DNA of 36,999 nt from Tubiluchus corallicola (lineage: Eukaryota; Animalia; Priapulida): assembly GCA_030141605.1 (NCBI GenBank), contig JAQGDQ010001197.1, positions 1-36,999 on the forward strand, in the 5' to 3' direction. Below are positions 12,920 to 26,358 of this stretch, piece after piece (the first letter of the stretch is position 1; every line of letters begins with the position of its first letter). Both the position numbers and the translations under genes were made by a program. The notes beneath the pieces are model-generated. The model saw nothing but the letters and a program-made list of their open reading frames with translations, did not search any database and was not told the origin of the DNA.

Positions 12920-13715
12920 CACATAGATATCTATAGACATGGATAATAACAGATAACAGATATAGATAATAGACAAAATGTAGACATAGACATAGATAGT
13001 GCACATAGATAACAAACAGAGATGTAGACATAGACATAGATGACAGACAGAGATGTAGATATAGACATAGATAATAGACAAAAATGTAGACATAGACATA
13101 GATAATGCACATAGATAACAGACAGAGATGTAGACATAGACATAGATAGTGCACATAGATAACAAACAGAGATGTAGACATAGACATAGATGACAGACAG
13201 AGATGTAGATATAGACATAGATAATAGACAAAAATGTAGACATAGACATAGATAATGCACATAGATAACAGACAGAGATGTAGACATAGACATAGATAGT
13301 GCACATAGATAACAAACAGAGATGTAGACATAGACATAGATGACAGACAGAGATGTAGATATAGACATAGATAATAGACAAAAATGTAGACATAGACATA
13401 GATAATGCACATAGATAACAGACAGAGATGTAGACATAGACATAGATAATGCACATAGATAACAGACAGAGATGTAGACATAGACATAGATAACAGACAA
13501 AGATGTAGACATAGACATAGATAATGCACATAGATAACAGACAAAGATGTAGACATAGACATAGATAATGCACATAGATAACAGACAAAGATGTAGACAT
13601 AGACATAGATAATGCACATAGATAACAGACAAAGATGTAGACATAGACATAGATAATGCACATAGATAACAGACAAAGATGTGGACATATATAGAGATAA
13701 TAGAAACAGGCAGAG
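12920..13715. repeat. Compound TAGACA-based minisatellite: 150-bp higher-order unit x3, then 44-bp units
   Basis: Identical blocks start at 13021, 13171 and 13321; period 44 from 13502. Confidence 0.92.
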
Positions 13716-14650
13716 ACAGAGACGTCGACATAGAGATTTTTTAATAGGTTTGATTTACGAAATAATTCAAATCATATTTCTGTTTCCACAAAAAGTTATA
13801 GTTTGCCAGAAAAACACAAAAAAAATAAATCACATACTTATAATTTGCAGTTTATTTTTTGTTCGGTTGTTTGCTGCGTTTTGTCGCGAGTCGCAGCTGG
13901 TCGCACGCGACTGCACGAATTTATTCATTGCAGCTTTCTGGTCAATTATTCAATAACAATGGTTTGTCAAGGGCAGATGGTGTTTGCTTAAGCCACTGAC
14001 GAAGTGTGGACAACTGATTGAATTAGTATCGCCTATCATGCTCTCTATTAATTATCAGCAAACAGTTGTCATACTTGGATTTTCAAACAGCAAACGTTCC
14101 GATTTCGGTCACTATGTTCAATGAAGGCGTTTGGTAAGTCAAATTCGCGTTTCGCACCAAAAACTCGAAAATTATTAGATATTAACTGACCTGACAGAAT
14201 ATCCAATGATACCGCTGTACCCACGCATGAGCTCACCAATGTGTGAATTACATCACAACTGAACACCACTGAACTGGGATGTACAGCATCGGTTTTTTTT
14301 CTGCAACGCATTTCTGAGATGCAGGCGCTAGTGCCCATCTAATTAGCGAATGGTGAAAGGCATATAAATAACTAGTGGCGCGAATTGTGTGGTAACATTT
14401 TTTCACTTGAATCACTTTTTAAAAACTAGCAAGTACCCCATAGTTACTGCCGAGGTAGCGCTAATGTAGCAACTGCTTAACCACGATTCTCTTTACATGA
14501 TTTCATTTATTTACGTATTTTGTTCACAATTAATAGTAAAATGTTATAAAGACAGTATAGATAAAACATGTTGATAAAATGTATGCAAAAACAATATTTA
14601 CAAGAGCGTAATAAAAGTACACTATAACAAAAGAAATTTCTTAGAGTTCA

Positions 14651-14900
14651 AAAGTGAATGTCCGAAGATTAAGATGCCTAGGACATCCTCTAAGATTACC
14701 ATATGAAGCTCCAGTAGGAATGGCTCAAAAGGAAGCCTTGAAATCTGGCAAAAAACCATCTGGCAAACCTAAAACAACTTGGATAGCTAAGATAAATTAA
14801 GATGTTAAACAACTTCAACCAAATCTATCTTTAAGAGTAGAAGAACTTAAGCTGTTAGCTGCAGATAGAAGTGGGTTAAATTTTCTAATAAATCTTGATA
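14651..14900 (+). mobile_element. Decayed RTE-clade LINE, ORF C-terminal fragment
   Basis: Translates KVNVRRLRCLGHPLRLPYEAPVGMAQKEALKSGKKPSGKPKTTWIAKIN*DVKQL...KLLAADRSG, matching the RTE pattern RRLRWxGHxxR...GRPKxTW...LAxDRxxW. Confidence 0.8.
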
Positions 14901-16522
14901 CCTCAATGCCTACAATAGGTGGAATGAGATTTTGAAGAAGATCAAACCACATGAACGACTTATGTGTGCCTATATGGTACAAGTCTTCATGACTGTTATG
15001 TGTGCTTCGATGTCTAACAGTCAAACTAATAATTTCCATACCATAGCAGTGAAACCATCCAGGGATAAAACACGCACACACTAAGTCAGGGTTTACAGTC
15101 ACAAGCTCATATGTAAGCCATATTACATTCGTTATGTTGCGATTTAGAATCAACAGCTATAATTATGTTTATAATGCGCGATGAGTTTAAGACAGGTCGC
15201 TACTGTAAGGCTACGTAAACTGCCCAGGCCAGAATTAACTAACCGATAACAACACAATCTTCATAAACCGAAAAGATTCTTCAAACGCTTATAGCTTACG
15301 TATGACGACAAATTAATAACGTCTTACATTGATGAACAAAGCTATTAATCGAATGTAAAAAGGACGGGATAGAGTTCTCTTGTCAAATGAGATTTCTCTT
15401 TTTGAAACTCTCTATGTAGATCTTGTCCGTTTAGTTGACCTACTTGCCATCCAGTGGACGTATCTTGATCTTGTATGATTCTAGCAAACAAGTGAAATTT
15501 AGTACTTCGTTTAGCAGAGGTTTCACAGTGAGCGAAGAGTTGAAAACCATTTATATGGTAAGTAGTGTTTTTGGTAAGAAGATCGTCTTCTAAGTGTTTG
15601 ACTGTTTTATCATCGTTGTCGTCGTCGTCATCATCATCACCATCACATCACTACTATCATCATCGTCATCATGATCATCATCACCACCACCATCATCATG
15701 ACTGCCATGGCATGGTGAAGTTCACAGTTGTTTTCCGAGTGTACACACAAGTTTCATTTCACGCCTCTATCCTGAACACAAACTCCTGTATCAAAAGCCC
15801 AGTTTTCAGTGCGCAATAACGATATTCTTCCTGTTTAATTCGATGTCTTTTATGGACACTCACGGTTTTCAAATTGTCTTGCAAAATGGTAAATCTTGGA
15901 TATCAAAAATTTTGTTCAGCAATTGAAACTAGATTGCCGTTTTCGCTTGGCAAATTCTTCAAATGAGAAAACGTTTGCGAGGGAAATTGTGCAGCCAAGT
16001 AGAAGTTGATGAAATGTCCACAGTTCACGCTCCTGGGAATGAACTAAATTTGTTTCTTAACATTTCTCTTTAAATAGCAGAGCTAAAAACGTTTATCGGT
16101 TATCTGACTCATGGTTTAATGGCCAATTGTAAACAGTCATAATTTGATGACAGAATCCGACATATTTATTACTTCAAAATAATATAATGCGTTTATTATA
16201 TTATAATATGTGATGAATAAAGCGTCTCAACTTTGCTGGAGTTATTTCTGGAATATAAATTTTACATGCACAGTGAATACTTCTTTTTTTAAATAAATGT
16301 AATCAATGGACAAAATTGTACTATTTGTATTAATTTAGAATTAGCATGAAATATTGATCATTAAAGCACTAATTGTGTGCAAAGTAAACAGACAATATAA
16401 GAATTATTTACTATGTGGTGTTTAAACTGCAAACACTCGCACAAGGTAATGCTTATATTGCCTAAATTTTATACATACATGTACATTTCAAGCATTAATG
16501 TTATAGTCTTACGTTAATCACA

Positions 16523-16642
16523 GTCTACGGCCATATCACGTTGAAAACACCTGTTCTCGTTTGATCACCGAAGTTAAGCAACGTAGACCCTGGTTAGTAC
16601 TTGGATGGATGACCGCCTAGGAATACCAGGTGCTGTAGGCTT
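16523..16642 (+). pseudogene. 5S: Full-length 5S rRNA-derived sequence (120 nt), most likely a SINE head rather than a functional 5S gene
   Basis: GTCTACGGCCATATCACGTTGAAAACACC...AGTTAAGC...TAGTACTTGGATGGATGACCGCCTAGGAATACCAGGTGCTGTAGGCTT. The terminal helix can pair. Several substitutions relative to typical invertebrate 5S, including in the C box. Only TT follows, so there is no oligo-T terminator. Single copy. Confidence 0.9.
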
Positions 16643-16877
16643 GCGGGATGCCCACACTGTGTCTCGACACTAGGCGGCAGCTCTTGCAGCCAACCTGGTG
16701 CCAAACGTATCGCTCCGCTTTCCTTTGGACTACACCAGGGAGGAAGAGAGGGGGTTCCTGCGGTCTGGGCAACTCAGGCACAGTCGACGATGCAGCTCCA
16801 TCAATGTGATCAATAACTAACTCTCTTGGCGCACACTCCATTGTCTTCCGAGACAGAAGGATGCCAACAACAACAAC
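16523..16877 (+). mobile_element. Candidate 5S-derived SINE (SINE3 type) with RTE-like body and (AAC)n tail, ~355 bp
   Basis: 5S head, a GC-richer body, codons HSRRCSSINVINN* (16779-16820), then CCATTGTCTTCCGAGACAGAAGGATGCC(AAC)4. TTAATCA at 16514-16520 and 16879-16885 is a possible TSD. Confidence 0.78.
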
Positions 16878-17858
16878 TTTAATCATGTCATGGTTGAACT
16901 TTAAGTTATTCCAATTTTAACAATTTTATAAATCAATTTAAAAAAATTATCGTGTCGTGACTGCAAATTTTACATTCTGAAAATCGCAGTCAAAAATGAC
17001 TCCACCAGTTGACAGATGTCATTTAATGATGACGCAATCATTATAACATTTTCCATCTAACTTTCTGAGGAAGATGAACAGTATGCTACAAACGTATTGC
17101 TGCAGGCGCATGCGCACTGCGTACTTCCCTCAACCCTGATGATAATTTCCCAGCGACAGATTCTGTAGTTCAAAGCAGGTGTACAGGCTCAACACGGCAG
17201 ATTCTCACCGCAGCCTCTTCCAGACACTTATAAATCTTGTCATACAAGCCAGACACCAGCTTAATATATTGTTTTGTGAAGGGACGGCAATCTACTCATC
17301 AAAGATAATGACCTAAAATGATCACCTAATATGGCGCGTACGTTTCATCCTCGCTTAGACTATACACGTTCTCTCGTCGAGAGAGCCGTGGCAGCGTGAC
17401 AAATGTCAAAAGTTTTTTTAGTGGTGATCCATCCATCTACCAAATAAAGCTCGAACTTTGCTTGCTAAAATCACACACCGTGACACCTCAGCGATTCGTC
17501 GCCAAAACAAACACTTGAATTTTGTTACCTCTCATTCTTTTCTTTTTTATTTCACATCCCTAATTATCTTCAGGGAAGAAAAATCGTCCTTTACTTCGTT
17601 TGTCATACTATTTGTTCCTAGTTCTGCTTTATCATCTATAACCATTTCGGACAGTTCGCCAAATCTTCTCTTTTCTTCGTCCATTTTTCTTCATTATTGT
17701 CAGCAAACGTGCAACTCTGGCTAGCACCTTCCTCTTAATGATGAGTAAAGTAATTAGCCTCAGCTTTATGTCAAGTGTGTAATGCACTAGTAAGACAGAG
17801 TAATGACTGGTTACAAGTCATTTTCCTCCGTTTAATGGGTAAAAAAGAAACACCTTAG

Positions 17859-18532
17859 ATTACTAAGCAACAAACCGTGTGCACTTCAACATACACCGGA
17901 ACTACTAAGCAACAAACCGTGTGCACTTCGACATACACCGGAACTACTAAGCAACAAACCGTGTGCACTTCGACATACACCGGAACTACTAAGCAACAAA
18001 CCGTGTGCACTTCGACATACACCGGAACTACTAAGCAACAAACCGTGTGCACTTCGACATACACCGGAACTACTAAGCAACAAACCGTGTGCACTTCGAC
18101 ATACACCGGAACTACTAAGCAACAAACCGTGTGCACTTCGACATACACCGGAACTACTAAGCAACAAACCGTGTGCACTTCGACATACACCGGAACTACT
18201 AAGCAACAAACCGTGTGCACTTCGACATACACCGGAACTACTAAGCAACAAACCGTGTGCACTTCGACATACACCGGAACTACTAAGCAACAAACCGTGT
18301 GCACTTCGACATACACCGGAACTACTAAGCAACAAACCGTGTGCACTTCGACATGCACCGGAACTACTAAGCAACAAACCGTGTGCACTACGACATACAC
18401 CGGAACTACTAAGCAACAAACCGTGTGCACTTCGACATACACTGGAATTACTAAGCAACAAACCGTGTGCACTTCGACATACACTGGAATTACTAAGCAA
18501 CAAACCGTGTGCACTTCGACATACACTGGAAC
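17859..18532. repeat. 42-bp minisatellite, ~16 highly homogeneous copies
   Basis: Unit ACTACTAAGCAACAAACCGTGTGCACTTCGACATACACCGGA. Confidence 0.97.
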
Positions 18533-18592
18533 AACTTTTCATATGTCACTCACAACGGAATTTTAGATGTTCAACATCAGTTTATTACAAGT

Positions 18593-18682
18593 AGTGGTGG
18601 TGGTGGTGGTGGTGGTGGTGGTGTGCTGGTGGTGGTGGTGTGCTGCTGCTGCTGGTGGTGGTGGTGGTGGTGTGCTGGTGGT
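18593..18682. repeat. (GGT/GCT)n microsatellite
   Basis: Direct inspection. Confidence 0.93.
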
Positions 18683-19074
18683 AAGAGTAGTAGTACGAAA
18701 TAAATACGTAACAAATAAGAAATTATTAAATACTAAACAGTCTTCTCGTTTTGACGCATATAGTGCACTGCAAATGTAAGACTTTGGACTTCAGTATCTG
18801 CACTAGAATTTTCACTTTTCTGTTACAGCTTGTTACTCGAGTCGTCAAAAACGTTGTTTAGGTAAAACTAGAAACGTGTAACTAAGTGTCAATATCGTTA
18901 TGCCTAATGTCTAATACTGATGCAGCACGTCTAATGACATGCATTGATATCTAGTTCATGTCTTGTCTTAAAGGAATAGCTTTGATAATAAGCTAGGCTA
19001 CGATTTAATTACAACCATCCACATTAAATTGACTTACTGGATTTTATCTTGAAACCTGTCAAACTGTATATAAT

Positions 19075-19439
19075 CATGTCCGGATTACGAACTTTTACAC
19101 CAATATCTTACGGGGGGCCGTAAGATATTGAAATCTTGGGCCCCCCTCTAACTCGCGAGCACCCATCTTGAATTTTTTTTACCTGTGATATATTTTAGCG
19201 ACATTTGCATAGCTTGAAGTAAATTTAGCGCAAATTCTTTCAATAAACTAAAATACCTGCCTTTTGTTTGTCAATAAAAACATTCTTCAAGAACTGCCAT
19301 TTTTTGCTATTTACTGCAAACCAAATTAGCACACATTTCAACACAACCGTAGTGAAAAACGGATTATTTACCAAATATTATCGAAGCTAGAGTCCCCAGG
19401 GCTATAGCCCAAGCTAGTCCATAAGATAATCCAACATTG
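19075..19439. mobile_element. Degenerate hAT-like MITE
   Basis: Ends CATGTCCGGATTA and TAATCCAACATTG (CAGxGCCGGATTA-type TIR), GGGCCCCC subterminal motifs and a partly matching 8-bp flank (TATATAAT / AGTATAAC). Confidence 0.5.
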
Positions 19440-19911
19440 AGTATAACAGATAAGTTTTCAAAGGACAAACATAATACTTGGCGCAAATTCATCTGCCGAA
19501 ACCCACTAAACTGGCCGCAATAAAGATATTTTTAATGTAGTTTAAGATAGATAGGCCTGCAATTCAAATGCACGAAGTGTGAAATAACAAATGTGTATCA
19601 ATTTCATTCATTAGTTTTTATACCAACATATTCAAGTAGAAAATATTGTATAAAAACTGCGCTACGTTGTCAATGATCTAAACGGTTATGTTAAAAAATT
19701 AGGCACCAAAATTCAGAAAATGTTAATAATTAAGAAGACAGCAATATGCACCAAATTTCTGAAAGTAACACAACAAGTGATAACTTAGTTCATGAATGTC
19801 TCTATCAGTAATCAAAAGACGATGATTTACTAAAGTTCACAGAACATATTTTCATCACACATACAAGCGTTTACAAATTAAAGGTTTCAAGCTTTTGCAA
19901 AATTGCAGGGA

Positions 19912-19982
19912 ATGTTTCAGCCACTAGGTGTCTCTATGGAGCTGTGTGTTTCAGCCAATAGGTGTCTCTATGGAGCTGTGTG
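19912..19982. repeat. 34-bp tandem duplication
   Basis: TGTTTCAGCCAMTAGGTGTCTCTATGGAGCTGTG occurs twice. Confidence 0.88.
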
Positions 19983-21725
19983 CACTCAGTGTCCCTTTAT
20001 GACTTACGATTGGTTTATCAAAGTAGTTTGGTAAAAATGTTTAATCATTTATCAGGGCTTTTGTTCAGCTCAAACCTCTCAATACTCTTATAAAATGAGA
20101 GGAAAGGGGTTTCTGTGTGAAGTCCTTTCACTGTACCGTCGCACCGCGTCAGACATATTCAAAACCTCCATAAAGGTTTGGATACCCCTTAATAACGTAT
20201 TAGCCACAATGACATCCACCCCCATAGGACGTAGTATTGTCGAGCATGACTAAACGAAGTGAAATGGGAAGATAATTCCACATCGCGTATGATATTCGCG
20301 AGATGCTTTGCATTGTTCTAAATACCTATGCATGTGATACGGCTTCTTTAATCAACGGACAGCTGACACGTTTGATGAAGCAAGAAACAAGGTATTCGCA
20401 TTCCCAAAAGACGTTGTTCTTGCGTAGGACTTAATTTACGCTGTCCTATATTATGATGTGATAAGTCTAGTGGCAGCTTTGATGTTAATATTAGCGCGCG
20501 ATGTAGCATGTGGATGACGGCCCTAGTTTATTCATCGCTTTCTGGAAGCTAAGATTTGGACATCTTGAAGTAGTTGGCGATACTCAATTGGGATCTATAT
20601 TAATGACAAAGATCGCCTAGTTTATCAGCCATATGTTAGACGTAATCAAAAAAGTTCTTTGTTCATACTAGGGCTCTGATCTTTCCAGAATTCCGCCAAG
20701 TTTGTCTTCAAAGGTCACAGTGTAATAACTGTGAGTACATTCCGTCATTAGAGTGACTGACTTTTTAAAAATTATATACATTTCTGCCTTATATTTATCC
20801 AAAATATTTCACTGTAGTCATACTTTATAGTCGTAAAGCTACTCTCACACTTAAGTAGTCATCATTGGCAGCGTTGTACATTATAGTTTTTTGATCTGCG
20901 TGTGTGAAATAAATTGCTCTTACATTTTCTCATGATCTTACACGCACTTAGCAGTTTTCCATTGTGAAATGTATCGTTCGAGTTGTAAATTTTATCAGTC
21001 AATGTCTTACGTGATCGAACATATCAGTGCAAAAGTCGTAACTAATAATGATCGAAACACAACTGGGTTTAGCTTTAAATATTTAAGCAGTTCACTGCGG
21101 TTGGTAACAGTGCTGCTTTACCGTCACGTAAATTAAAAGTACATGATTTTATAAAACGATATATTGATAGTGCAAACAGAGAAACCATTATTAAGAGAAT
21201 ATTTTTAAGAAATCGTTGTTAGTGATGGGCGGAGTATTATGGTTGGGATTGACAATTGCCAGTTAGCAATACTAATAGATTGTCTCGTAACACCTTATAA
21301 TTATTACTGATTTGTCTTTTATATAGGACAAGTGTACAAATATATGTAAATATTAGTACTTTTTCATTAATATTAATTGGTCTACTAAATATGTTGACGA
21401 CTAAAAAGTGTACATTTATAGAAAAAATGTACGAAATAATGATAATATATATATAGTTATATTAAAACATATCCTATATGTAATGCATAATATATATTTT
21501 AAGCATAACATATAGCGTATATTTCAAGATAACCATCAAGTGCGTGTGTTAGCATGAAACGTAATAACTCAACAATATGTACATGCTTCGCTTAATGTTT
21601 TAAAGCGAATCACATACAGTAATTAACAACGCTAATTAGCACATATAAGGTAAGAAACGTCTGTTTTATGGAAACTCGTTTTGAACAAAAAAGTCATTAT
21701 AACTCAGAAAACAAGTTATACTCAC

Positions 21726-22102
21726 ATGGCAATAATTCCCAAATATCCAGAATCCCAAACTGATGTTGCCAGATGGGATGTCCCACCTTGACCGATTCTA
21801 TCACAACTGATTGTTATTCCATACACAAACTGTTCCTGGTAGCAATTACATCCAGGAAAATTGTCTACAGCGCCACACGGATGGCTACTGTATGACGTCA
21901 TATTGTCTTGCGGCTCATGATGAATCAGAACCCCAGGACTAAATACACCGTTGTAGTCATAGTCAGCGGCTTCGAGAAGTCCCGTATTCTGTTCCTGCGA
22001 GTGATACAGTGGTCCGGTGTTGATCAAGGGGGCATCTTCGGACCGCACGGTTGAAAAATCATGCGCAGAGAGCAAAAAACACCACACTATGCTTGCTAAC
22101 AT
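21726..22102 (-). CDS. First coding exon of a secreted or cell-surface protein, possibly an extracellular leucine-rich-repeat protein (partial gene)
   Basis: Non-repetitive ORF. Hydrophobic N-terminus MLASIVWCFLLSA. Cys cluster HPCGAVDNFPGCNCYQEQFVYGITISCD (LRRNT-like). Acceptor CCTCTCCCAG ends at 22112, 9 nt before the ATG. Consensus donor AT|GTGAGT at 21725 (phase 2). Confidence 0.68.
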
Positions 22103-22830
22103 TGTTAGTCACTGGGAGAGGTACTGGTCAACAATCCACAGAGAGTTGAGGAAATAATGTTGCATTAGTTTCTAACAACTGTGAAACACGTTGATAACCT
22201 TTATTGTCCTCCTGCTTTACAGAGTGCTTTCTGATTTTTCACTTATTTGATGAAATGTAGCAAACCTTATCGGCTTACCTAATGCGCCTCTGTTCCTCAG
22301 TGTTGTCCAATTTTATATAACTTTTCTATGTCTAATACAGTTGATCAATATTGCATGGTAAAATCAGACGCGGAAGGCAGTTTTTTCCCATGTCAGAATC
22401 TAGCTCCGTTATGTAGGCAAGACAACTTTATTCTCACTACATTTGTGATGCTACCAACAGCTAAACTATTTGATGGCAATGGTGCCGCAACAAGCAAGCT
22501 TAATCTAGTCATTTGAGATCAAAATGCCTTTTAGCTGCAAAAATATAGCCTACTTCGATTATACGGTATATTAAGCCGCTTTATTTTATCTCCTCAGGGG
22601 TCGTCTTGGTTAATTTGTATGCTTTCCAACGTCCAGCTTGTTCTTCATCTGAAACATAAATAAAAAAAAACAATTGAGCATCTTTACGACTGTGCTTGCA
22701 GGAAGGACTAACATCATAATTTTACTCAATCGTAAAAGTTCAGCTGCCAAAATCATATTTTGTGTAGAGATAGTAAAAGAGTAAAGTTTAATACCTTTAT
22801 GACAATAAAGAAAAAGGGAGGATTCCTTGT

Positions 22831-22942
<112 letters not shown>

Positions 22943-22943
22943 G

Positions 22944-23370
22944 TTGATGATGATGATGATGTTCGTCCTTCGAAACGAAGATGACCATAGTGACAGGGAT
23001 AAAAGGTCAGTTTGGGGGGTTGTCATTCCTTTGATGAGCTCGAATGTGACTGACTAGGCCAATTCAGGCCTGGAAACTTCTTTGGGATTTGGCACAGGTG
23101 AGGCTGAGTGTTTGGACCTGTTGTTGGGCAGTGTCACATGCCTTGCGTCTCCTGCGCTTTTCCTCTGCCTCCTCAATCTTTTAGCCTCTGCTGTCTTAGC
23201 CCCTGTGATGATGGCACTCCGCCATGCTGAGCGATCTTGTGCAAGGGTTTAAAATTGAGCAGATATCCATGCTGAGCTCCTTGAGTGAGGCCTTCAGGCT
23301 GTCTTTGAAGCGTTCCTTTGGTCGTCCAACCTTTCTCTTTCCAGACACGAGTTCCCCATAGAGCATCTTT
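22944..23370 (-). mobile_element. 5'-truncated RTE (BovB-like) LINE 3' end with (ATC)n tail
   Basis: KMLYGELVSGKRKVGRPKERFKDSLKASLKEL / LAQDRSAWRSAIITG / EEAEEKRRRRKA / LTCAKSQRSFQA*IGLVSHIRAH (decayed C2H2 finger), then GGTCATCTTCGTTTCGAAGGACGAAC(ATC)n with a CTTCG/CGAAG stem-loop. Confidence 0.9.
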
Positions 23371-23372
23371 AT

Positions 23373-23580
<208 letters not shown>

Positions 23581-24977
23581 TTAACTTTTACATTAGTATA
23601 AGTTCTATTAATAAAGTTGTGTTGTTTTAACTATAACTAATAATTGTTAAAATACAGATTAATGCAGACATATATAAAGATTAAAGAATAAAGGTTTTCT
23701 ATACGTGCATTACTGTACAAGGTTGTAAATAATTGGAAAGTTTCAGCTCATTGGTTTCATTAGACAAAGGGGATTGCAGCACCATTATATGTAAAGCAAC
23801 AGTTTTGCGAGATCTAATAATAAAATGGGGCGTTTCGTAAGACTGATGAAATCGTGAATTAACAGATTTGATAACTTGAGAGCGATTTGGCTACATCAAG
23901 TTCACTTCACCCAAGGAGAGGTGTCATGCAACTCTGTAAGCAGGATAACCAATTTCAAAATGAGCGTTAATTCGCTCAAATCCTAGTGTGTCTAATTTGA
24001 CCTGATTAAATGCTAAAGGGCTCATTTCGATTTATTAATTACATTATGCATTTTAAACAGTTGGAAATTTCATGGTGGATCTCACGATATACAATTTGCT
24101 TGACGTTCTACGCAAAAAATTCTAACTGATTGAATTACGAATTTATTCCACAACCAATCGTACGTACAAACATACATATAAATTGTTGATACATTATAAA
24201 ATAAAATAAACAAGTTACAGTGAGAAGGAGAAATGGCTTAGTAAGGAAAGCATAAAAATTTTCTTATACTGTGTTATAACAATATGTAACATGATATGCA
24301 ATGCATGATTTAATTATACGTAACGTAATAGAAATAGCTTATTTACTTGCAAAATTATATTCTTAAACCAGTGTGTAAGGACTAGAATATTAATTATAAG
24401 AACACGTTTTAATAATCGCAGCTAAACCAGAAGCTCTTTTTGCGTTCCTGGCGTCATTTTGTTGAAACAGAATTTATGAGTGCTAGCAGCGCCCTCGCGT
24501 ATTGTCAACGCCCACGCGTTTATTCACGACTCGCTAATCGTTTCAGTTTAATAAGGTAATTTCGCACATGCAGGTAGTTTACAACCACAATGGTAATCAG
24601 GCTTAGATTCGTGTTAATTGTATGGCTCATTTAACGAGAAAACTAACGGGATTTCTCCTATAATGCTAATGCAAGGGGAGCATGCAAACTGGGTCGGCCA
24701 GAAAAAAACGATCTTCCAAGTTAACTTCTGTGGTAGAAGCACTTGTAAGAGTCCCACACCATCGGATAGTCCTGCTTCTCGTCTTCTCCCAACGAACGTC
24801 GTTAGTACGTTTTTTCAACACGGTGTCATAGCAGTAAGTGAGAAACGGAAATGGAAGTTTAGACCTTCTGTCCTTAGAGAAAAACCGTGAAGAAATACGT
24901 CTTTAATGGTCAGTGATTGAGTTAACTCATGTTTAGCACGAGAGAATTTTCTCAAGATAAATTAAGTGCCTGAGATG

Positions 24978-25077
24978 GAGAGAGAGGGAGGGAGGGAGGG
25001 AGGGAGAGAGAGAGAGAAAGAGAGAGAGAGAGAAGGAGAGAGAGAGAGAGGGGGGAGAGGTAGAGAGAGAGAGAGAA

Positions 25078-25120
<43 letters not shown>

Positions 25121-25145
25121 AACAGAGAGAGAGAGAGAGAGGGGG
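24978..25145. repeat. (GA)n-rich microsatellite
   Basis: Direct inspection. Confidence 0.95.
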
Positions 25146-26118
25146 AAAGAAAAAGAAAAATGAAGAAACGTTTTACGTCTTAGTGTGGGTCTTGCATGGA
25201 ACTTTATAGCACTTTGCAAAGAATAGGGGAACTACACGGTCTTCTCTTTTACAAACTACAAACGTCTCTACCGTTTAGACCTTTTAGACGCTTTGCTAGT
25301 TAACCTGTGTAACTACTTTTTTGGACCGCCCTGTATAAAATGCGGTTTATTTAGTAAAGCTGCAGAAAGTAAAGTTTCAGACGAAAAATCCGTCTTATCA
25401 GTTCGTGCTAATGAATGAATCCATGTAAGCGTGGGTGGTTAACCCATAAAACAGAAAAGGCGAAAAAGAACCAGAAATGAGGCGACAAACATCCATTCTA
25501 GACGGATTCACGGATAGTAAAGCTTTATGAATCTATGAGTCTGTTTATGATTTTTCAATAACGGACGCCAAGTCGTTAAAACATTCATTTTTTGGAAAAA
25601 TATACGTACTTTACTTTAAGCCAACAGGAAGGCGAGTGAAGCCAGTGAGGATGCCTAGAAGGTTTTTTCAACAATGAGTGTCGAACAACAATTACACCAC
25701 GTACAGGACTCGTTTACGGGACGCTTTATTAGGCCAGGTCATTATGAATTTGGGATACGAGAAGAAAGAGGGCACATGAAGGAATGCAAAACTTCGCCGA
25801 GACGGTTCAGTTCCCAGTGCCATATCGGAGATTTCTCGCTTGGAAAAAAACATAGATTATTTAGACATTGCCGTTACTTTGTAAAGCTTTCAATATGGCA
25901 CAAAACTAAATATTACATCTTGTAGTTGAAATATCATTTAAATTTTGTGAAACAGAGTGTGTTGTAGGGCACAGAAACTGTACCTAAGTGCTTTGCAGTG
26001 TATTTAGTTTATCACGAGGGTTTGACCAATCCAGTACCGTCATTATATTAAGGTTTCCAGACTCAATCGACTACTAGTTAAATTGACCCCCCCGCAATTA
26101 TGGACTACTGTTTACTCC

Positions 26119-26358
26119 TTGTTTCACAAATGCATCCATCACGTCAACACCTATGGCAGATCTAAGACGGGGCGCTCGTTTCAGAAATGCATCCCATCAC
26201 GTCAACACCTATGGCAGATCTAAGACGGGGCGCTTGTTTCAGAAATGCATCCCATCACGTCAACACCTATGGCAGATCTAAGACGGGGCGCTTGTTTCAG
26301 AAATGCATCCCATCACGTCAACACCTATGGCAGATCTAAGACGGGGCGCTCGTTTTAG
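26119..26358. repeat. 58-bp minisatellite, 4 copies
   Basis: TCTAAG recurs at 26161, 26219, 26277 and 26335. Confidence 0.94.

Noticed and set aside
16523-16642. Functional 5S rRNA gene
   Set aside because: No terminator, no tandem array, C-box substitution, and a retroposon-like tail follows.
17877-18566. Mucin-like Thr-rich ORF with an in-frame 42-bp repeat
   Set aside because: Also open on the opposite strand, no synonymous bias, no ATG start and no convincing splice context.
20250-20290. Minus-strand WNYLPISLR, like a LINE C-terminal motif
   Set aside because: The expected downstream FKxxLKT motif and tail are absent.
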